A stretch of 63,347 nt of DNA, counting the filler, from Octopus bimaculoides (taxonomy: Eukaryota), in NCBI RefSeq assembly GCF_001194135.2. It is 9 parts of 8 records of this genome, joined end to end, with 100 filler letters (N's around TTAATTAATTAA, not from the genome) between each part and the next. Parts side by side here need not be neighbours in the genome. Positions count along the whole stretch, not along the records: positions 55,396 to 63,347 come from NC_068984.1; 8 more parts are not named here. The stretch is one strand, 5' to 3'. How positions within the stretch are numbered: position 1 is the stretch's first letter; every line of letters begins with the position of its first letter. Below, piece by piece: positions 55,438-63,347 of the stretch. A program made the translations under genes and the position numbers. A model generated the notes under the pieces. It saw nothing but the letters and a program-made list of their open reading frames with translations, ran no database searches and was not told the DNA's origin.

Positions 55438-55773
55438 ATATTTTTTCAACACGTACCTATAGACTTATATAGGTATATGTGTGTGTGTGTGTGCATGGGT
55501 GTGCGTGCGTGTGTGTATACATATACATATACACGTAGCTATCTACAATGCGCGCGCACACACACACGCCCATACACATGCACAAAAATACGTTTCTCTG
55601 TGTTTGTTTACTGTACGCCTAAAATTACTTATTTTTTGTAATTTAAACTTCAATAATTTTATTTACTGAAGTTGTAAACAAAATTTTCTGTTCCTCGTAA
55701 ATAAGCTACAAGATGAGACTCGCCAGTTTATTTTATAAGCGCTTGTACTTAGACACACACACACACACACACA

Positions 55774-55807
<34 letters not shown>

Positions 55808-56071
55808 GCTTACATCACACATACGTCATACATATATACGTACATCCTTACACATATATATATATGAGTATATATGTATATCAATGCATGTATGTATGTA
55901 TCTATATATTCTATACACACATACATACACGTACACACGCACACACACACACACATGGGCGCACACACGCACACACACACAGACACACACACATATATAT
56001 GCATAGACATAGCTCATTTGGTTAAGCGGAGGGGCATTGTACGCAATTTTAAAATATATAGGTATGTACGC

Positions 56072-56111
<40 letters not shown>

Positions 56112-56338
56112 GTATATAGACACACACACGCATGCACAGACACACACACGCATGCACAGACACACACACGCATGTACAGACACACACTAACACGCACACG
56201 CACGCACGCACACGCACACACACACACACGCACACGCACGCACACGCACACACACACACGCACATACATGTCTGTTCTCCTTTCTGTTCATTATCTCAAT
56301 TTCGCACGTGTTTCTGGTCATATTACAGTAGAGGAATT

Positions 56339-56380
56339 CCATTGGTTGCTTTACGCATGCGCAGTTACGTATCGACGTAG
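56339..56380. promoter_or_regulatory. Possible promoter motif cluster (CCAAT, NRF1-like, CRE-like)
   Basis: ATTGG at 56341-56345, ACGCATGCGCA at 56353-56363 and GACGTA nearby, in unique CpG-containing sequence. Confidence 0.25.
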
Positions 56381-56603
56381 AGACTCACAGAGCCATTAAT
56401 TATAAGAGTCATCGTAGTTGTCATAGCAGCTGAGAATCGACTCACGAATAATATACATTTTGCGACGGAAGAACGCTTTGATGAGACATAAATTTGGAAA
56501 ATAATTTTGTTTTCGGCATTTCACCTGTTTTTGGTTTGTTTTTGTTTTTTTGTACATTTTGTTTATTTGATCATTGTTTCCCTTTTTGTTTTGTTTTGTT
56601 TTG

Positions 56604-56674
<71 letters not shown>

Positions 56675-57152
56675 TTCAGTTTTTGTTTAGATATTTTTAC
56701 TGGTATTTTGGTAAAATCTTTGGACTTGAATGGTATATCTTTTCTTTCTTTTCTTTCCAGTTAAAGTTGTCTTTTATCCCTGTATATATGTGAATNNNNN
56801 NNNNNNNNNNNNNNNNNNNNNNNNNNNNNNNNNNNNNNNNNNNNNNNNNNNNNNNNNNNNNNNNNNNNNNNNNNNNNNNNNNNNNNNNNNNNNNNNNNNN
56901 NNNNNNNNNNNNNNNNNNNNNNNNNNNNNNNNNNNNNNNNNNNNNNNNNNNNNNNNNNNNNNNNNNNNNNNNNNNNNNNNNNNNNNNNNNNNNNNNNNNN
57001 NNNNNNNNNNNNNNNNNNNNNNNNNNNNNNNNNNNNNNNNNNNNNNNNNNNNNNNNNNNNNNNNNNNNNNNNNNNNNNNNNNNNNNNNNNNNNNNNNNNN
57101 NNNNNNNNNNNNNNNNNNNNNNNNNNNNNNNNNNNNNNNNNNNNNNNNNNNN

Positions 57153-57196
<44 letters not shown>

Positions 57197-57226
57197 TTTC
57201 TATCTCTCTCTCTATATATTTACGAA

Positions 57227-58463
57227 GATATTAGGGACTTTAACATTACACGCTCCTTTCATAATACCTGTTATCTCTCTGACCATTCTCTTCTCCGTAG
57301 TAAGGCTAGTTTCCATCTGACTGCAAGAGTCATCAGTGCCTAAGCGCTTTAATGTTCTGCCTTTGAAAACTATTGACAAGTAGGCTGAGCTCTCTCTCGA
57401 GTTGGACACTGCACTCAACACTGTTGTTATCAATGATGACATAGAATCGTTTTGGAAGGTTCTGTGTGATGCAACGCACTCTGCATCTGGAGAGACTCTT
57501 GGACTTCCTGTTCGTAAGCATCGAGATTGGTTCAGCGATAACAACACAGATGTCCAGCAGTTGACAGGTAAAATGCACAGCTTTCACAAAACCTGGATAA
57601 AGGATGAGAGCTCATCCAGAAAAGAGAATGCCTACAAGAAATGCAGAGTCCAGGTCCAGCATGCTCTGAGACAGATGAAGGAGGTTTGGTGGTCTTCCAA
57701 GGTTACTGAACTCCAAGAAGCTGCAGACAGAAAGGATTCGAAAGCCTTTTACGGTGGCCTGAAGAAATTGTATGGTCCTCAAGAACCTATTTTTTCATCG
57801 AATAGAGAGACATTCCTGTCCGACAAATCTGACATCCTGAAATGATGGAAAGATCACTTTGAAGCCATGTTGAACTCCAATTCAGTCACTAATGACGACG
57901 TCATAATGTCTGTTGCACAGCACACTGTAATACCGGGACTGTCTCTGGAGCCAACCTTTCTGGAAGTGGGAAACTCTATTAAACACATCTCTTCTGGTAA
58001 AGCATCTGGCAGTGATGCTATTCCTCCTGAAATCTATAAACATGGTGGACAGAAGCTTTTTAAGAAACTGCATGACCTCTTCATAAACATCTGGAAGATT
58101 GGCCGTGTACCACAGGACTTCAAGAATGCCTCAATTCAACGTCTTTATAAGAACAAATGCAACAGAAGTGTCTGTGATAGTCATCGTGGAATATCGCTTC
58201 TGTCTATTGCTGGTGAGATTCTTATTCTATTCATTCTCGACAGGATCATCAAACACGTTGTAAATGATATCTGTCCAGAATCACAGTGTAGATTTTGCTC
58301 TGGTCGTGGCACTATCGATAAGATCTTTTCCCTTCGACAGATCATAGGAAAGGTACATGAGAAAAATCAAGAGTTGTTCTTGATATTCGTTGACCTTAAT
58401 AAGGCCTTCGACAGTGTTAACCGGCAAGCACTCTAGAAAGTTCTGAACATGCTTGGAATACCT
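57227..58463 (+). mobile_element. RTE (BovB-like) LINE fragment: end of AP endonuclease plus N-terminal half of RT
   Basis: DIRDFNITRSFHNTCYLSDHSLLRSK, RKHRDWF, GKASGSDAIPPEIYK, HRGISLLSIAGEIL, PESQCRFCSGRGTID and FVDLNKAFDSVNR; in-frame stops. Confidence 0.95.
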
Positions 58464-58626
58464 GGATGTGGAATGTTATCTCTCTTCATGAGAGCTCATC
58501 CGGAAAAGAGAAAATACGGTGAAAGCTGTTCAGAGATCTTCATCCATTACTCTTGCATGCAACGTTGAAACAAGAGGTAGATTGTACAAAAACATGCACA
58601 TGTAATTGTAGTTGTAATATAGATGA

Positions 58627-58843
58627 TGAGCTTAAGACGGCAGAATCGTTACTCCACGGGCAAAATGCTTTCGACAGCACTTCGTCAAGCTTTACGTTCT
58701 GAGTTCAAATTCCACCGAGGTCGACTTAGCCTTTCATCCTTTCGGAGTCTATAAGATAGGTACCAGTTGAACACTGGGGTGGATGTAATCGATTTAACCC
58801 CTTCCCGGAAGTTGCTGGCCTTGTGCTAAAATTTAGAACCAAT
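58627..58843 (+). mobile_element. SINE (family A)
   Basis: Match to 25691-25905. Confidence 0.85.
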
Positions 58844-58844
58844 A

Positions 58845-58889
<45 letters not shown>

Positions 58890-59819
58890 CAGCTTTGAGC
58901 TGAAACCGATAAAAGAAAATAAAAAAGAATATACATATAAACAAACTTTATATCTATATGTGAGTGTGCATATGTGTGTGGATGTGTGCATGTTAAATGT
59001 ACATTATATATAAATTATATATGTATATGTATGTACATATCCATGTATATGTATATATATATGTGTGTGTGTATACACACAGACATGCACACACACACAC
59101 ACACACATATATAAAAAAAAGTGAGAACAAGATGTATTCATAACAGTTTAATGTTCCTCAGCGTAAGGCTTTAAAAGTAATTTATCATGCTTTTTTTTTA
59201 ATGCGCATTGTTTCGTGAAAATGTATATATGTTTATATACGTGTGTGTTAGTTATGTGTGTGTCTGTGTGTGTGTGTCTGTGTGTGTGTGTCTGTGTGTG
59301 TTCGTGTGTGTACGAGCGTACCTAAGTACATATCTACATCAAGCGTAATACCACAGAACCACAGAGACATACAATCCCAATCATTCATTCACTTTCTGAT
59401 ATTTATTGTCCGTTGCCAGCGTACAGATGTCGACTCTGAAATCTTAAATATAGACACGTCTGCATGCAATACATCCATAAACAAATCCACGTGCAAACCC
59501 CTATGCATTTCCATTTAATGTGCTTTTCTGCTTGTTTTCTCGGCCATAGATGCATCGGATTAAACCGATTCAGTTGCCACTCAACAGCCTTGTTATGTTG
59601 AAAATGCAGTAGAGTCTGTGTTTGTTAATAACCTTCAGGTGAACATTCTCGTATTTATTATTATTCTTATCTAACATCCTCATGTTAAATGAAAATATCA
59701 AACAAAAACCGATATCATTGCTCCTAGATGTTTCCAAAAAAACATCCGATTATTGCTTTTATTTTTGTTGTTGTTGTTGCTATTTTTTTTTACTATGTTT
59801 TACTGTAACCTATGATGTA

Positions 59820-60002
59820 TCTTTTTTATTGTTAACACTTGTTTCAGTCATTGGACTGCGTCCATACTGGGGCACCGCCTTGAAGGCTTTTAATGTCGAG
59901 CAATTAGAGCCTAGTATTTATGTTTTTTTATGTCTTGTATTAATTTTATCGGTGTCTTTTGCTGAGCCGTTAGGTCACGGAAGCGTAGATAAGCAAATAT
60001 CA

Positions 60003-60010
<8 letters not shown>
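59820..60010 (+). mobile_element. SINE-like repeat (family B)
   Basis: CAGTCATTGGACTGCGTCCATACTGGGGCACCGCCTTGAAGG..., matches 2020-2230. Confidence 0.75.
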
Positions 60011-60039
<29 letters not shown>

Positions 60040-60406
60040 TTGGGCTAAAGTTATTGAAAATATTAATAAAGTATGATTTTGTTTGAATCTCACTTTTCTT
60101 TTTCTTTTCATAATTCGATTTCTATAAAATATTGTAGATTTCCTGTAATATCAATATGGTAGCCAAAATGTATTTAAGACGAATAGATACGCTTATATAG
60201 GTATAACGGCATTGTTCAAATATGTGTGTGCAAATGAGTGTCTCTTCATGTGAGTATGAATGTGTGGTGTGCGTGAGATCTACGTACCTGTAGGTGATTG
60301 TGTGTGTTATATGATGTGATATGATGTGTGTGTGTGTGTGAAATCCTTTCAGTCTTCGTCATCTTTCGGAAGTCCTAAAAAACATTTTACTGTATTCTTT
60401 AAAATA

Positions 60407-60875
60407 AGGCAGCGAACTGGCAGAATCCTTAATGCGTCGGACGAAATTCTTGAAGACATTTCTTCGGTCTCATTACACTGAGGTTGACTTAGCTCTTCAG
60501 CGTATCGCATTCGATAAAAGTAAATATCACTCAAGTACTGCAGCCGATGAAGACGACTGTCTGCTTTTCCTGGCCTTGTGCCAAAATTAGAAACACTTTA
60601 TTATTTAAAGTGCATGTTGACATGAAGTGCGTAAATAATGGATGTTTGACCAATTTAGAAATCAGTAGAAGATGATAAGGGCAGCCAGCTGGCAAAGTTG
60701 TCAGCACGTCGGACAAAATTCCTGGCAGTATTTCTTCCGGTTCGTTGCATTTTGAGTTCAAATCCCACCGATTTCAAATATGCCCTTCAGCCCTTCAAGG
60801 GCTGTAAAATAAAGTACCATTCATGTGCAGGAGTCGATGTAATCGATTAGCTCCCCTCCCACAAAATTGTCCTTG
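60407..60875 (+). mobile_element. Two decayed family A SINEs (60407-60597 and 60677-60875)
   Basis: Both match the family A head and body motifs. Confidence 0.75.
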
Positions 60876-61480
60876 GGTTCTGTAATGGACCAGTGTCCTG
60901 TTCTGGGAGATTGCTGTGAACTCGGTTACTTATACGCTATTGAAACGGACTAAACGACTATATAAGCCGCAGCTCTCCAGAAAAATTATGAGTGTGATAT
61001 AAGAAATTGAGAAATACTCGGCGAATAGCGTGAATCAAAACGATAACTTGCATATTCGTTCTTAATACGTTTCGGCTAATTCGAACGTGAATATACAAAT
61101 CGCTGTTGTACTTCGTCACCGAAGGACATCTTTTCTTTTACGATGATTGAGTGGTCATAACACATTCGATAAGGAGAAGCTGTTCTGCAACGAAACATAA
61201 CAGCGATTAGCATAGTCACGTTCAAATCTCTCAGACTCGCTGTTCACGTTGTATACCACGATTTTGTTGTCGGTTGGTAGATTTCTTCACAGACCAGTAA
61301 ACAAGCTGTTTGCTGAGGTTAACAAAAGAACTTTGAACTCTTGTTTAGATACATTAGTCTAAGTGATGAAACAAAACAATGCCGAAACACCGGGCGTTTC
61401 ATAGCCCCTTGCATTAATGAATTCGTCGTGAAGGAGTTATTCTCCTGTAAGGAAACACAACAGCAATGAGCATCCTTTAT

Positions 61481-61704
61481 TTAAGAGATGAGGAATTATT
61501 TACATTATTTACAGTTGATGGATATTTGTCCTCATCTTCTTTGTTAACACAACGTTTCGGCTGATATACTCTCCAGCCTTCGTCAGGTGTCTTGGGGAAA
61601 TTTCGAACCTGGGTTCTCATTCCTAAGGTATTTTAGTGCCCACGGCTATATGGCGTAGTGGCTAAGAGCGCAGGCTACTAACCCCAAGATTCTAAGTTCG
61701 ATGA

Positions 61705-61766
<62 letters not shown>

Positions 61767-61825
61767 TCGAAAAATACCTTAGACGAGGACAAATGTCCGT
61801 CAAATGTAAATAATGTAAATAATGT
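61481..61825. mobile_element. Composite retroelement: inverted hammerhead-bearing tail + tRNA-like head + (AAT)n + deleted tail
   Basis: tRNA-like head 61637-61706 (A box TGGCGTAGTGG, B-box remnant AGTTCGAT). The tail at 61763-61825 matches the reverse complement of both ends of 61495-61634. Confidence 0.7.
61546..61591 (-). ncRNA. Minimal type I hammerhead ribozyme
   Basis: Minus strand GACAC-CTGACGA-A-GGCTG-GAGAGTATAT-CAGCC-GAAA-CG-TT-GTGTT: stem I GACAC/GUGUU, intact CUGANGA and GAAA, 5-bp stem II, palindromic ACGU stem III, GUU triplet. Confidence 0.75.
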
Positions 61826-61873
61826 AGTAATGAGCATATTCACGTTCGAATATACTGCACCGTATTAAGAAAC

Positions 61874-61912
<39 letters not shown>

Positions 61913-62378
61913 GCGTATATCATCGCCAGTTTGGTATTATTTCCGTCTACATCTACAACTAACTCAAATGTTAACACTCATAATCTCTAACAACTTAACA
62001 GAAAGACCTTCCAAAACAACATACGAGCTTATTAAATTGAAAAGAAACTTTTGTAAAAAGTAATTTATATCTTAACTAACATTATCCTCAATTACTCTTT
62101 CATCACAATGGAAAGAATTACGGAATTGGTTTTTATGAAATCCTTTACGGGTGGCATGTGTTTCCATGTCTTAGAGCTTGGCTCCATGATCATGTGCCTT
62201 GCGTTTTCATTGGAAGTCCTAATGTATTTGTCAATAAGAGAGTCAAGGTAATTATTGTTGACTAATAGCGTCTTTAATTCCAGTTATTTCGACAGTTAAT
62301 TGTTCGTTGAATGAATTTAAAGCGATGGCACGTTGAAAGAGGTTTCTAAATATATATTAGTTCATTATAAATTATCTC

Positions 62379-62420
<42 letters not shown>

Positions 62421-62430
62421 ACTTATACTT

Positions 62431-62466
<36 letters not shown>

Positions 62467-62467
62467 T

Positions 62468-62844
62468 CTATCGGTGAGGTCGCACCGATACAGTCGTCAA
62501 TATAACGGCCGTATAGTTCGGGAGTGGGACCAGTGAAACTTGAGAACATTTGGGACTCAACGTAGCCAACGAACAAGTTCGCATAGTTGGAGGCCCATTC
62601 TCGTTCCCATGGCCACTCCCGAGAACTGCTGGTAAAAATCACCAGCGAACGAGAAGCAGTTGAGTGAGAGGACAAGTTCGGCCAGACGAACAAGTGTGGA
62701 TGTGTCGGGTTGAGAGTTGGTTCGAAGAAGGGCAAGGAAATGTTGGTGAGGGATCACCGTGTAAAGGCTCTGGATGTTGAAAGTGAAGAGAAGTTTAGAG
62801 GGGCCAGGACGGAAGGAGAAAGAGTTGAACAAACGAAGCGCATG
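62468..62844 (-). mobile_element. Penelope-like element reverse transcriptase fragment
   Basis: HALRLFNSFSF, LLFTFNIQSLYTVIPH, YQQFSGVAMGTRMG, (frameshift) NYANLFVGYVE and YGRYIDDCIG are PLE RT motifs; truncated into (GATA)n. Confidence 0.9.
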
Positions 62845-63307
62845 AAATACAGAAGTATTATTAAATTCGAGCTGGCTCTTCAGTTTAAACTCCTGTTCAC
62901 GCCTTCCAAACTCACTCACACGGCATTGATCAGTCCATTGCTATAGTTAGTACAAGACGCTTGTCCCAAACGCTATGCAATGGGTGTTGTGGCTCCAAAG
63001 CTAGCTTCCTAACTACACAGCCATTCTTTGACTTTTCGACAAGAATAAATGAAGGTGAAACTTGCAAAGTGTCGTGAGTGACACAATAGCACTGAGACGG
63101 TGGGATGACGTCGAAACATCAGTAGCGAATTAATTACAGATTTAATGAGATGAATGGGAAGATAGGTAGAGAGAAGGAGGGAGAGATTGAGAAGGAGAAG
63201 GGGTAGAACAAAGGACAAGTAGGAGTGGATAATAAATGGATGCGAGTGGGGGAGGTTTTAAGAGAGAGAGAGAGGGGAGGGGCAGAGAGAGAGGGGGGCT
63301 GTGAGAG

Positions 63308-63347
63308 AAGAAGAAGAAGAAGAAGAAGAAGAAGAAGAAGAAGAAGA
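63308..63347. repeat. (GAA)n microsatellite
   Basis: Directly visible at the window end. Confidence 0.95.

Overview
AT-rich, repeat-dense animal DNA from a gapped draft assembly. It has many N runs, and eight 100-bp placeholder gaps carry an artificial TTAATTAATTAA. The mix of tRNA-derived SINEs and microsatellites resembles an octopus (coleoid cephalopod) genome; this is inferred from pattern recognition, not from a search. No intact host gene can be established. The window is mostly decayed mobile DNA: mariner, Tc1, pogo/Tigger and rosa-like DNA transposons, RTE and RLE-type LINE fragments, a Penelope-like (PLE) reverse transcriptase fragment, a Helentron-like non-autonomous element and several SINE families. 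It also holds a 46-bp minisatellite with higher-order structure and a 21-bp repeat that is open as (TTSIPSA)n. The most interesting signal is a set of minimal hammerhead ribozymes (61546-61591 and 23455-23491, minus strand). One belongs to an apparent composite element, tRNA head + (AAT)n + hammerhead-bearing PLE-like tail, lying under 1 kb from a PLE RT remnant. This suggests ribozyme-carrying, PLE-mobilised SINEs. Several large fold-back structures are also present.
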